Shown piece after piece: positions 24,792 to 34,133 of a stretch of 36,077 bases of DNA (position 1 is the first letter of the stretch; each line of letters opens with the position of its first letter). The stretch comes from a candidate division TA06 bacterium (GTDB taxonomy: Bacteria > Hydrothermota > 32-111 > QNBC01): the NCBI GenBank assembly GCA_003641665.1, contig QNBC01000002.1, positions 1 through 36,077 of the forward strand, read 5' to 3'. A model generated the notes under the pieces. The model ran no database searches and was not told the origin of the DNA. It saw only the letters and a program-made list of their open reading frames with translations. The position numbers were made by a program, and so were the translations under genes.

Positions 24792-25244
24792 CTATTTATG
24801 ATATTTTCGGTTATGTTTTATAGACGCCGCTCTGTAAAGCTGTTCCAAGAGTAGTATTTTCGCTAAATGGTGCGGAAATGTCATCTTGGAAAAAGAAATA
24901 ATATAATCTCCCAAAATTTTAATTTCTTCGCACAAACCGTCACTCCCACCGATTACAAAAGTAATGGATGGAAATTTATATATGAATTTTGAAAATTTGA
25001 CACTGTCCATTTCTATTCCTTCCGGAGAAAGTATAATTAATGCGGAACTCCTCTTAAAATGTTTTTTTATCTCTTTTGCTTCTTCCCTGAGTCTCGTTAT
25101 TTTATCACCGGACCTGCTTTCTCTTATTATTATCTCATTTACCGTGAAATAGTGCCCTAACCTTCTCAGATAATCCGATTTTATAAGATCGACATATTTG
25201 AATTTATCTCTTCCTACCTGGATAATTTTAATTTCTCTTAACAT
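24792..25244 (-). CDS. rlmH: 23S rRNA (pseudouridine1915-N3)-methyltransferase RlmH (SPOUT family).
   Basis: At 150 aa it has the layout KIIQVGR..., ILSPEG, FVIGGSDG and MTFPHHLAKILLLEQLYRA, typical of RlmH. Confidence 0.85.
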   Translation of the reverse strand: MLREIKIIQVGRDKFKYVDLIKSDYLRRLGHYFTVNEIIIRESRSGDKITRLREEAKEIKKHFKRSSALIILSPEGIEMDSVKFSKFIYKFPSITFVIGGSDGLCEEIKILGDYIISFSKMTFPHHLAKILLLEQLYRAASIKHNRKYHK

Positions 25245-26148
25245 AATTGAACTCCGACAAATCTCCCTGTTTGTAATTATTCCTTTCCATTATGCTTTCT
25301 ATTGATGTTATAATTTTATGTTTATTCAATGTCCATTCCGGTCCTATTAAGAGTTCTCTGTTTGGATCGCCGGTTAATCGTTGTATCACTATATCGGGCT
25401 TTAAATAGCGTAGTGCTTTTACAACAATCTCAACATATTTTTCTGCCGACAAAAATGAGAATCCCTTCGATCTATAGATTTTTTCGAAAACGGTACCCTT
25501 TTCCAGATAAAATGAATGTATTTTTATTGCATCTACATTTAATACGGAACATAACTTTGCCGATTCCAACATATCACCGCTATTATCATATGGCAAACCG
25601 AAAATAACATGAGCACATACATTTAAATTGTGCTTTTGGATTCTGTTAACTCCATCTACAAATGATGCTATACCATGCATTCTACCAATCTTTTGCAATG
25701 TTTTTATACTCGCACTTTCAAGCCCCAATTCAAGCCAAACATCTTTCTTTTCATTCATCTTTTCCAGATATTTTAAAATTTCTTCATCGATACAATCAGG
25801 TCTCGTGCCGATCGAAATAGCCACAAATCTGTCGTTGTCAAACACCTTATCATAGAGCTTTTTCAAATATTCGTTTTCTCCATACGTATTGGAATATGCC
25901 TGATAATACAAAATAAAATAAGGCTCTCTATACTTTTTTTCGTAGTATTCCATTTGGGTCGCTATTTGAATATCAACAGGTTCATTCGATGCATTGCCGG
26001 AGCCGTAACTGTTACAGTAAAAACAACCGCTCCGAGAGAGAATACCATCCCTTACAGGACAAGTAAGCCCTGCATCGACGGATATTTTCTGTACTCGTCT
26101 TCCGTATTTCCTCTTTAAATATTCACTGAATTTATTGTATCGTAACAT
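25228..26148 (-). CDS. TIGR01212-family radical SAM protein (YhcC-like, function unknown).
   Basis: The N-terminal cluster motif is DAGLTCPVRDGILSRSGCFYCN, followed by a TIM-barrel-like body. Length is 306 aa. Confidence 0.75.
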   Translation of the reverse strand: MLRYNKFSEYLKRKYGRRVQKISVDAGLTCPVRDGILSRSGCFYCNSYGSGNASNEPVDIQIATQMEYYEKKYREPYFILYYQAYSNTYGENEYLKKLYDKVFDNDRFVAISIGTRPDCIDEEILKYLEKMNEKKDVWLELGLESASIKTLQKIGRMHGIASFVDGVNRIQKHNLNVCAHVIFGLPYDNSGDMLESAKLCSVLNVDAIKIHSFYLEKGTVFEKIYRSKGFSFLSAEKYVEIVVKALRYLKPDIVIQRLTGDPNRELLIGPEWTLNKHKIITSIESIMERNNYKQGDLSEFNYVKRN

Positions 26149-26151
26149 TTT

Positions 26152-26916
26152 CTATTTATTTCGTGCTTTCCTTAGTGTTTCTATCTCATCAGGTGTAAGG
26201 CTGTCAACTCCGTAAACGGAAGCTTTCTTCAGGATTCTGTCCACCTCACTGTCATATTCATCGTAGTTATCCTTCCACTTGTTTCTATTGCCCCCTATAA
26301 CGGATTTTCTTATATGTAACTTGGACTTTATTAAGGGCCATTTGAGGTAAATAAAACCGGTAAGTAATCCACCGAGGTGAGCAAAATGAGCAACATGGTC
26401 ACCCCCTCCGGAAATACCGGCAAAAAATTCAAAGATAACAAACATTATGACCAAATATTTTGCTTTTATTGGAATAAAGAAATAGAGATATAGATATCTT
26501 TCCGGAAATAACAGACCATAAGCCAACATAACACCATAAATTGCTCCCGATGCACCGATAATGGGGATTGGAGAATTATAATATGTGAGAAGTGATATAA
26601 TACCGGCACCAAGACCGCATATCAGATAGTACTCAAGAAATTTCTTGCTACCCCAATAGTATTCTATCTCTATTCCGAAAATATACAGAGCGAACATATT
26701 GAAAAAGATATGCATCCAACCACCGTGCAAAAACATATACGTAAATACCTGCCAATAATAGTATTTACCGATGACTAGTCTAGGAATAAGACCAAAGTAG
26801 TAAGTCATATAGCCGCTTGGTATAAATAACTCGATTATGAAAACAGCAAAGTTAATCAGTATCAGTTTAAGTACAATATTTGTGTGCGAGGGTCTGTAGT
26901 AGGAATTATACATCAT
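26152..26916 (-). CDS. Rhomboid-family intramembrane serine protease.
   Basis: It has HGGWMHIFFNM, the catalytic GASGAIYG and HFAHLGG, with six to seven hydrophobic segments. Confidence 0.88.
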   Translation of the reverse strand: MMYNSYYRPSHTNIVLKLILINFAVFIIELFIPSGYMTYYFGLIPRLVIGKYYYWQVFTYMFLHGGWMHIFFNMFALYIFGIEIEYYWGSKKFLEYYLICGLGAGIISLLTYYNSPIPIIGASGAIYGVMLAYGLLFPERYLYLYFFIPIKAKYLVIMFVIFEFFAGISGGGDHVAHFAHLGGLLTGFIYLKWPLIKSKLHIRKSVIGGNRNKWKDNYDEYDSEVDRILKKASVYGVDSLTPDEIETLRKARNK

Positions 26917-27679
26917 TCACCATCCTTAAAATCGTTTCATATATTTTTCTGTTCGCTACGAGAATATCTCCCGTTTTCATATAATTTTTTTTCCCCTTAT
27001 GATCCCTAAAGATACATCCTGCTTCCTTTGCAATAATAATACCGGCAGCAATGTCCCAAGGTGCGAGCTTAAATTCTATATCGGCATCAAATACACTGTC
27101 TGCTACATTTGCTATATTGAGCGATGCAGCTCCCATTCTCCGTACTCCGTGTGTTTCGAATATGAAATCACCAAATAATTGAAGAAATTTATTAATTTTA
27201 CCATTCGCTCTAAATGGAAACCCCATTGATATAATGGATTTTTCAATATTTTTTCCTTTAGCAAACATTTTCTTTTCATTTCCGTTTTCTATTTTGAATG
27301 AGCCACCGTTTTCCGAAGCGTAATAAGTAACATTTCTTTCCGGATCATAAATGACACCTGCACAAATCTCTCCTCCTTTTTCGTATCCAATAGAAACACC
27401 GTAGTATGGAATCTTATGAATATAATTTGTTGTTCCGTCAAGGGGATCTATTATAAACTTTTCCTCTGCATTGACCTTTCCTCCCAATTCCTCACCCAAA
27501 ATAGGAATTCCCTGTTTTTCTCTTAATATTCTCCTGATTACTCTCTCCGCTCCCCTGTCTATATCGGAAACAAGATCGTTTTTCCCTTTTTCCTCTATTT
27601 TAATATCGGTTAATTTATTCTTATTTTCAATTAAAAAACAGCCCGCTTCATAAGCTGCTTTTAACATTAAATTCAACAT
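26906..27679 (-). CDS. Inositol monophosphatase family protein (SuhB-like).
   Basis: It has the metal-binding motifs LGEE, IIDPLDGTTNY and WDIAAG. Confidence 0.85.
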   Translation of the reverse strand: MLNLMLKAAYEAGCFLIENKNKLTDIKIEEKGKNDLVSDIDRGAERVIRRILREKQGIPILGEELGGKVNAEEKFIIDPLDGTTNYIHKIPYYGVSIGYEKGGEICAGVIYDPERNVTYYASENGGSFKIENGNEKKMFAKGKNIEKSIISMGFPFRANGKINKFLQLFGDFIFETHGVRRMGAASLNIANVADSVFDADIEFKLAPWDIAAGIIIAKEAGCIFRDHKGKKNYMKTGDILVANRKIYETILRMVNDV

Positions 27680-28560
27680 TAGATTTCTTTGCCGGTTAAC
27701 ATATTATATATGGAACGATAAATCTCCGATGCCTTTTCTACAATCCGATTTGGTAAATGAGGAGGTGTTGAATTTTTATCCCAATCCGTTTCGAGCAAAT
27801 AATCCCTGACAAACTGCTTGTCGAGTCCCACCATCTTCTTTCCCGGCACATAATCGTTTAATGGCCAAAATCTCGATGAATCGGGTGTCAATATTTCGTC
27901 TATAAGCGTCAATTTACCGTCAATCATACCGAATTCAAACTTAGTATCGGCAATTATAATACCTCTTTTCAAAGCGTACTCATAACCGTATTTATATAAA
28001 CATATTGATTTCTTCTTTATTAATTTCGCCAGTTCATCTCCCAATTCTCTTTTCATGTAATCAAAAGAAACATTTATGTCATGACCGCTTTCTTCCTTTG
28101 TTGATGGAGTAAATAGAGGTTCCTTAAACTGTTCCGATTCCTTCAAATCGTAATCGATTCTCACTCCGTTAACAGTCCCGTTCTTTTTATATTCCTCCCA
28201 AGCACTTCCTGTTATATAGCCCCTTACTATGCACTCGAACGGGATAACTTCAGCTTTTCTTACAACCATACTACGTCCGTTTATTAAATCGTCGTATTTT
28301 TCAAGATTCTTATAGATGCTCGAAGGGACATCCGTGATATAGTGATTATCTATTATATTTTTTGTTTTTTCAAACCAAAATTTAGAAATTTGGTTTAACA
28401 CATATCCTTTATAGGGAATTAATTCTGTCAAAATATGGTCAAATGCTGATATTCTGTCGGTAGATATCATAAGTAATGTATCACCCAGGTCGTAAATATC
28501 TCTTACTTTACCTCTTGATAACAATTTGTATTCACTAATATTGACTTCTTTAACTCTCAT
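27679..28560 (-). CDS. purC: Phosphoribosylaminoimidazole-succinocarboxamide (SAICAR) synthase.
   Basis: It has GKVRDIY, SDRISAFD-like TDRISAFD, IIADTKFEFG, TPDSSRFW and LDKQFVRDYL. Confidence 0.9.
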   Translation of the reverse strand: MRVKEVNISEYKLLSRGKVRDIYDLGDTLLMISTDRISAFDHILTELIPYKGYVLNQISKFWFEKTKNIIDNHYITDVPSSIYKNLEKYDDLINGRSMVVRKAEVIPFECIVRGYITGSAWEEYKKNGTVNGVRIDYDLKESEQFKEPLFTPSTKEESGHDINVSFDYMKRELGDELAKLIKKKSICLYKYGYEYALKRGIIIADTKFEFGMIDGKLTLIDEILTPDSSRFWPLNDYVPGKKMVGLDKQFVRDYLLETDWDKNSTPPHLPNRIVEKASEIYRSIYNMLTGKEI

Positions 28561-29024
28561 TTTTGCTCCGATTCTTTGCGTTTAATTGTTTCAAATTCCT
28601 TCATAAATTCATCAATATCCTTAAAATTTCTATACACTGATGCGAATCTAATATAAGCAACATGGTCGATTGCCTTCAATTCTTTCATTACCTTCTCTCC
28701 CAACCATACGGATTTTACTTCATTCCCTTCGATTTCAAACATCTCACGGATAATTCTATTCACCATCTCTTCTATTTCTTCGCCTGAAATTGGTCTTTTT
28801 CTGCAGGCAATTTCAATACTCTGTTTCAATTTTTCTCTGTTAAATTCTTCCCTTTTCCCATCTCTTTTTGTAACATAAATCACCGTTTTTTCGACATATT
28901 CATATGTAGTAAATCGTCTTCTACATCTAAGACATTCTCTCCTACGCCTAACGGATAAACCATCTTTACTCGGACGTGAATCAATCACTTTATTTTCTCC
29001 ATAACCGCAATAAGGACATTTCAT
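28557..29024 (-). CDS. nrdR: Transcriptional repressor NrdR (zinc ribbon plus ATP-cone).
   Basis: It has MKCPYCGY...VIDSR...CLRCRRRFTTYE and an ATP-cone. The start is taken at the canonical MKCP (29024) rather than the ORF-track start at 29033. Confidence 0.88.
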   Translation of the reverse strand: MKCPYCGYGENKVIDSRPSKDGLSVRRRRECLRCRRRFTTYEYVEKTVIYVTKRDGKREEFNREKLKQSIEIACRKRPISGEEIEEMVNRIIREMFEIEGNEVKSVWLGEKVMKELKAIDHVAYIRFASVYRNFKDIDEFMKEFETIKRKESEQK

Positions 29025-29124
29025 AATAACCAATTATATTGAATTTAAGGCTATTAGTCAAGGTTGTATTATCATGTTTAGTAGATATTTTCGACATTCT
29101 AACCACATATTCTTCTCATTTGCA

Positions 29125-29152
29125 TTGACAAAATTTCTATATTGTGTAATAT
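29125..29152 (+). promoter_or_regulatory. Sigma70-type promoter driving the riboswitch and receptor transcript.
   Basis: TTGACA (29125-29130), a 16-nt spacer, TAATAT (29147-29152), immediately upstream of the riboswitch core. Confidence 0.5.
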
Positions 29153-29154
29153 TC

Positions 29155-29287
29155 TCCTCATGAGGGAATGCGGTGAGAACCCGCAGCAGCCCCGCTACTG
29201 TATGTGGTATCGAAAGCACATTTGCCACTGTCCATAAGACGGGAAGGCGTGTGAGTAGCAAGCCACGAGCCAGGATACCTCTTGTTC
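29155..29287 (+). promoter_or_regulatory. Cobalamin (B12) riboswitch aptamer.
   Basis: The conserved core is read directly from the sequence: AGGGAAUGCGGUGAGAACCCGC, AGCAGCCCCGCUACUGUA, GCCACUG...GGGAAGGC, and the B12 box GAGCCAGGAUACCU. The region is locally GC-rich in an AT-rich genome and lies upstream of a TonB-dependent receptor. Confidence 0.88.
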
Positions 29288-29319
29288 GTATATCCTCGCG
29301 GGTGGGATATATGTTTTTT
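29288..29319 (+). terminator. Riboswitch expression-platform intrinsic terminator.
   Basis: The stem pairs GTATATCC (29288-29295) with GGATATAT (29305-29312; 7 Watson-Crick pairs plus one G-U) around a 9-nt loop, followed by T6 (29314-29319), 40 nt before the receptor ATG. Confidence 0.7.
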
Positions 29320-29358
29320 CTTACCCGCACGGTGAAAAACTTTTAAAAGGAGGTTTTA

Positions 29359-31287
29359 ATGAAAAAGTTCTTTATCGCCGTGCTGCTATTCTCCATGTTC
29401 ATGGGGTCTGTTTATGGAGACAAAATCTACCGTCTCCCAACAACTATCGTCTCTGCCGACAGGTTTAAAAGTTCAAAAAACAAAACATCGTATCGCGTGA
29501 CGGTTATTACGGCAAAGGAAATTGAAAATCTCGCACTTCGCAATTTGTCCGAGATCATCGATTATTCATCGAACATCATAACTTCGGATAACGGCTATAA
29601 CGGTTCTGTTGCCAAAATTTCCATGAGGGGAGGATTCACTCGCCATATCACCGTTATGATCGACGGAGTTCCTATAAACTCCTCATTTAACGGCTCTCCC
29701 GATCTTACTCTTATTCCGACGGAGTCAATCAAACGAATCGAAATTATCGAAGGTCCCATTTCGGCTATGTACGGCAGCGGTTCCATTTCCGGTGTTATTA
29801 ATATCATAACAAAGGACGATTCAAGAAATACTTTCTCTATCGGTTTAAAAAATAGAAACGGCTATAAATGCTCGGCTTCCGTTTCCACCCCTTTTGGTTA
29901 TCTCCTCTTCTCTATCGGAAATGACAGGAGCTGGAGAAGTAATACCGATTTAAGTAAGAACAGTTTCTTGTGGGAAAAGAAAATTTCCATTAACCGGTTC
30001 GATCTTTCATTAACTACATTATATTCGGGTTATCGTGTCGGTGTACCTGGTCCAATGCCTGATAGTAATTTTATTCCCGAGTTCGGAGATTCAACAGCAA
30101 ATTCTCTGTATAATCATCAGAATACACACAAATTTCTTACCAAACTATCATCAATTTACAACTTTAATTCAAACAATATGATTCGCTTAAACTACTCTCT
30201 TAGTTTTGATTCTCTGCTTTATTATTCTCAGGACAGAAGTTGGATTGATAATTCCGTTCAACATTCATATTACAGGTACTTGACGATTTCGAATTTCCCT
30301 GAAATCGTATATCTGCTATCGAAACATTCGTTCGATTTCAGTATCGGAGGGAATCTAAACGTGCAAAATAACTATTCACATAGCGATGTATACGGAGATT
30401 CAAATATCTTGTCGGATAGTTCTTCATGGAATGTAAAATACAATACATACTCGATTTTTCAAGAAGGAAAATTGAAATTTATTCCACATTTCATTCTCGA
30501 AAATAAGCTGAGATATGACTATGTTGTACTGAGTAAAGACACGATATCCAGAAAATTCAATGCTTTATCCTATGCGTTGGGAACTGTTTTCAACTATAAG
30601 ATATTTCTATTAAAGGCAAATTACGGAACCGCATTTAAAAACCCGGGGCTAAACGATCTTTTCTTCCCCTATATGGGTAATCCGGATTTGAAAGCCGAAA
30701 ACAGCAGGGAGTTTTCAACATCTTTCGGAATCAATTTGTATAAGACTGATTTTAATGTCTCATATTTTAATAAAAGCATAGACAATTTGATATACTGGAA
30801 CGGAATGACACCGCAAAATATAAACAGCGTTAAAATTAACGGTCTTGAAAGTGGCTTTAAGGCTTCATTCTCCCTACTGAGCCTCTCGATCAATCTTTTA
30901 TATCAGAAATCGATTAGCCACGATCTAATTGACTCTCTCGGTAACTATATAGAAAGACCCACTCCCTATTCCCCCGATTTCAAAGCATCTTACGGTATTA
31001 CTCTATATCTTCCTCTCGGTTTCACATTAGGAAATTCCGGGACATTCACATCCTCTTATGTTAATTACTTCAAGAATTATTCAGGAGGTATCGACACTGT
31101 AAAAACAGAAAACAATTTTATCATAAACGCAAATGTAAACAAAAATATGGATAACACAAATATCTCCTTTTCAATAAACAACATACTCGACTACAGGGGT
31201 ATAAAGAACTTCGGGTATTCTGCATACGATAGAGGGTATCCTTTTGACGGCAGAAGATTCGAATTTTCGATTTCTTCAACATTTTAA
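29359..31287 (+). CDS. btuB: TonB-dependent outer-membrane receptor, probable cobalamin/corrinoid transporter (BtuB-like).
   Basis: A signal peptide is followed by a plug domain (VITAKEIEN..., RGG..., [35 protein letters not shown]) and a beta-barrel with a terminal aromatic residue (...SISSTF). The substrate call rests on the upstream B12 riboswitch. Confidence 0.8.
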   Translation: [642 protein letters not shown]

Positions 31288-31293
31288 TGCGCG

Positions 31294-31319
31294 GAAGCGG
31301 GTACTCAAGTGCCCGCTTC
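31294..31319 (+). terminator. Stem-loop downstream of the receptor gene (possible terminator without a U-tract).
   Basis: GAAGCGGGTAC / GTGCCCGCTTC form an 11-bp stem (one G-U) with a 4-nt loop, 7 nt after the TAA stop. It is followed by TCAAAAA rather than a T-run. Confidence 0.45.
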
Positions 31320-31340
31320 TCAAAAATATACCTCCACATA

Positions 31341-31369
31341 TTGACATTTCGATGTTTCGACATTATATT
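31341..31369 (+). promoter_or_regulatory. Sigma70-type promoter of clpB.
   Basis: TTGACA (31341-31346), a 17-nt spacer, TATATT (31364-31369). The Shine-Dalgarno sequence TGGAGGT precedes the ATG at 31405. Confidence 0.5.
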
Positions 31370-31404
31370 CCGATGTAAAAAAATGAAATTTTGGAGGTAT
31401 TAAT

Positions 31405-33999
31405 ATGAACATAAATAAATATACGCAAAAATTACAGGAAATTTTGATGAATTCTCAATCTATTGCTCTAAGATACAATAATCAATCAATCGATATACCA
31501 CATTTTATTATGGCAATTATCGAGGACAACGATAATGTAGGTTCTTCTATTTTTTCCAAAGCGGGAATAAACCTGGAACAACTAAAAAATGGTGTTGAGG
31601 CAATACTTGCTTCAATCCCAAAGGTATATGGAAGTAATCAACAAGTAGGCATCAATCCCGATTTTCATCGCCTGTTAATCGCCGCTGAAGATTATGCAAA
31701 AAACATGAAGGACGACTATGTTAGTATTGAACATGTTATTTTCGTTATTTTTGAGAAAGCCGCAAATTCTCAGATTGTTCGATTACTTATCAGTCTTGGG
31801 TTGACAAAGGAAAAACTTATGTCCATTATAAAGGATATAAGAGGAAATCAGAGAATAACATCCGACAACCCCGAAGAAACTTTTCAAGCTCTCGAAAAAT
31901 ACGGAAGGGATCTAACGAAGCTCGCAGCATCCGGAAAACTCGACCCTGTTATAGGAAGGGATGATGAAATTAGAAGAGTGATTCAGATACTATCACGAAG
32001 AACAAAAAACAACCCTGTACTTGTGGGAGAACCCGGTGTCGGAAAAACAGCAATTGTTGAGGGGTTGGCTCAAAGGATAATAAAAGGTGACGTTCCCGAA
32101 GGACTTAAAGATAAAAAAATACATACACTCGATATCGGTTCACTTATTGCCGGAGCAAAGTTCCGCGGTCAATTCGAAGAACGCTTAAAAGCAGTTTTGA
32201 AAGAGGTGCAAAATTCTAACGGAGGGATTATACTCTTCATTGATGAATTGCATACCGTAGTGGGAGCAGGCAATGCCGAAGGAGCCGTTGATGCGGGTAA
32301 TATTCTCAAACCTATGCTTGCCAGAGGAGAATTACACTGCATAGGCGCTACTACGCTTAAGGAATATAAAAAGTATATTGAAAAAGATGCAGCACTGGAG
32401 AGACGTTTTCAAATGGTCCTTGTTGACCAACCCAGTGTTGAAGATACTATTTCGATACTAAGAGGTTTGAAAGAAAAATATGAAGTTCATCACGGGGTAA
32501 GAATCAAAGATGCCGCGCTTGTATCCGCCGCCGTTTTGAGCAACAGGTATATAAGCGATCGTTTCCTTCCGGATAAGGCAATCGATCTCGTAGATGAAGC
32601 TGCCGCTAAACTTAGAACGGAAATTGACAGCATGCCAACGGAATTAGATGAAGTTTCGCGGAGAATAATGCAACTTGAGATTGAAAAAGAAGCTCTAAAA
32701 AAAGAAACGGATAAGGCATCCAAACAGAGACTTGAAAAATTGGAAAAGGAATTGGCAGATCTCAAAGAAAGAGAAAAAACGTTGAGATCTCAATGGGAAG
32801 AGGAGAAAAAACTTATTCATGGATTGAAAGAGGCTAAAGAAAGAATTGAACAGATAAAACTGGAAATCCAGAAAGCAGAAAGGGCTTATGATTATAATAA
32901 AGCGGCGGAATTGAAATACGGTAAATTAAAGGAAGCAGAAGATGAAAAAAAACACTACGAGGAACTGCTCAGTAAAAAATCCGATAAACGTCTTTTGAAA
33001 GAAGAGGTCGATGAAGAGGATATTGCTGAAATAGTTAGCAGGTGGACAGGTATCCCCGTAAATAAATTGATGGAAGGTGAAAAATCAAAACTCTTGAAAT
33101 TAGATGAACACTTACATGAACGCGTTATCGGTCAGGATGAGGCTGTACAAGCAGTCGCTGATGCCGTAATAAGGGCAAGAGCGGGAATAAAGGACCCGAA
33201 AAGACCCATAGGGAGTTTCATATTCCTCGGACCTACAGGTGTAGGAAAAACTGAACTGGCAAAGGCACTTGCAGAGAGTCTATTTGATGATGAGAATAAT
33301 ATTATCAGACTCGATATGTCCGAGTATATGGAAAAATTTAATGTATCGAGGCTAATCGGGTCACCTCCTGGATATGTGGGATATGAGGAAGGTGGTCAGC
33401 TAACCGAAGCGGTAAGAAGAAAACCATATTCCGTAATACTTTTCGATGAAATTGAAAAAGCCCATAGCGATGTATTCAACATACTGCTTCAGATTCTCGA
33501 TGATGGTCGACTTACCGATGCTCAAGGAAGAACGATTAACTTCAAAAATACCGTTATAATAATGACATCGAACATTGGGAGCGACAGAATTCTTGAATAT
33601 GCTGAGAACGATGAATTTGATTACATGAAAATGAAAACAGAAGTTATCGGTATGTTGCGAAATCACTTCAAACCGGAATTTCTGAACAGAGTTGATGAGA
33701 TAGTCGTCTTCCATGCACTTAGGAAAAAACAGCTTAAGGAAATTGTGAAATTACAACTCGGCATTCTACAAAAGCGACTAAACGAAAAAAACATTAAAAT
33801 AGAATTAAGCGAATCTGCTGAAGATTATCTTATAAACAAGGGATATGACCCGCATTACGGTGCAAGACCATTAAAAAGATTGATACAAAATGAGATTGAA
33901 ACAGGCATCGCAAAACTTATAATAGCTGGTAAAATCGGGGATAGCGATATAATTAAAATCGACGTTAAGAACGGCGCACTTTCCATAAAGAAAAAGTAA
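31405..33999 (+). CDS. clpB: ATP-dependent chaperone/disaggregase ClpB.
   Basis: It has a Clp-N domain, two AAA+ modules (GEPGVGKT and GPTGVGKT), a long coiled-coil M-domain between them, and the RFQ sensor motifs. Length is 864 aa. Confidence 0.93.
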   Translation: MNINKYTQKLQEILMNSQSIALRYNNQSIDIPHFIMAIIEDNDNVGSSIFSKAGINLEQLKNGVEAILASIPKVYGSNQQVGINPDFHRLLIAAEDYAKNMKDDYVSIEHVIFVIFEKAANSQIVRLLISLGLTKEKLMSIIKDIRGNQRITSDNPEETFQALEKYGRDLTKLAASGKLDPVIGRDDEIRRVIQILSRRTKNNPVLVGEPGVGKTAIVEGLAQRIIKGDVPEGLKDKKIHTLDIGSLIAGAKFRGQFEERLKAVLKEVQNSNGGIILFIDELHTVVGAGNAEGAVDAGNILKPMLARGELHCIGATTLKEYKKYIEKDAALERRFQMVLVDQPSVEDTISILRGLKEKYEVHHGVRIKDAALVSAAVLSNRYISDRFLPDKAIDLVDEAAAKLRTEIDSMPTELDEVSRRIMQLEIEKEALKKETDKASKQRLEKLEKELADLKEREKTLRSQWEEEKKLIHGLKEAKERIEQIKLEIQKAERAYDYNKAAELKYGKLKEAEDEKKHYEELLSKKSDKRLLKEEVDEEDIAEIVSRWTGIPVNKLMEGEKSKLLKLDEHLHERVIGQDEAVQAVADAVIRARAGIKDPKRPIGSFIFLGPTGVGKTELAKALAESLFDDENNIIRLDMSEYMEKFNVSRLIGSPPGYVGYEEGGQLTEAVRRKPYSVILFDEIEKAHSDVFNILLQILDDGRLTDAQGRTINFKNTVIIMTSNIGSDRILEYAENDEFDYMKMKTEVIGMLRNHFKPEFLNRVDEIVVFHALRKKQLKEIVKLQLGILQKRLNEKNIKIELSESAEDYLINKGYDPHYGARPLKRLIQNEIETGIAKLIIAGKIGDSDIIKIDVKNGALSIKKK

Positions 34000-34008
34000 A
34001 TTTTTAGA

Positions 34009-34028
34009 GGGGGTATTATTATACCCCC
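34009..34028 (+). terminator. GC-rich hairpin after clpB.
   Basis: GGGGGTAT / ATACCCCC form an 8-bp stem with a 4-nt loop, beginning 10 nt after the clpB stop. The downstream T-tract is weak (CCTTCTCC). Confidence 0.5.
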
Positions 34029-34070
34029 CCTTCTCCTGACTAACAAAATTATTTGAATTTACATTCAAAC

Positions 34071-34099
34071 TTGACATAATATTTAAATTGTATTATATG
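34071..34099 (+). promoter_or_regulatory. Sigma70-type promoter of the FGE-family gene.
   Basis: TTGACA (34071-34076), a 17-nt spacer, TATATG (34094-34099). The Shine-Dalgarno sequence AAGGAGGAG lies at 34121-34129. Confidence 0.4.
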
Positions 34100-34133
34100 C
34101 ATTATATAAGTTCTATTTATAAGGAGGAGAAAA

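Noticed and set aside
29132-29147. A NrdR-box-like half site (…CTATATTGTGT) overlapping the riboswitch promoter spacer, which would suggest NrdR control of B12 uptake.
   Set aside because: Only the right half matches the 16-bp NrdR-box palindrome as I remember it. The left half is poor, and I found no convincing second box at the usual helical spacing. The match is too weak in AT-rich DNA.
29058-29330. A 90-aa minus-strand ORF in the nrdR-btuB intergenic region.
   Set aside because: It is the reverse complement of the GC-rich cobalamin riboswitch and its terminator. The open frame is a by-product of the structured RNA sequence.
31355-31364. The 10-mer TTTCGACATT, shared by the clpB promoter spacer (31355-31364) and the nrdR/btuB intergenic region (29089-29098), with related TTTCGAC copies at 20754 and 20838. 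This could be a regulator site.
   Set aside because: The 9-mer core also occurs inside coding regions (about 2155 and 28886), where it is explained by codons. With only two intergenic copies and no palindromic or repeat structure, significance cannot be established without a genome-wide count.
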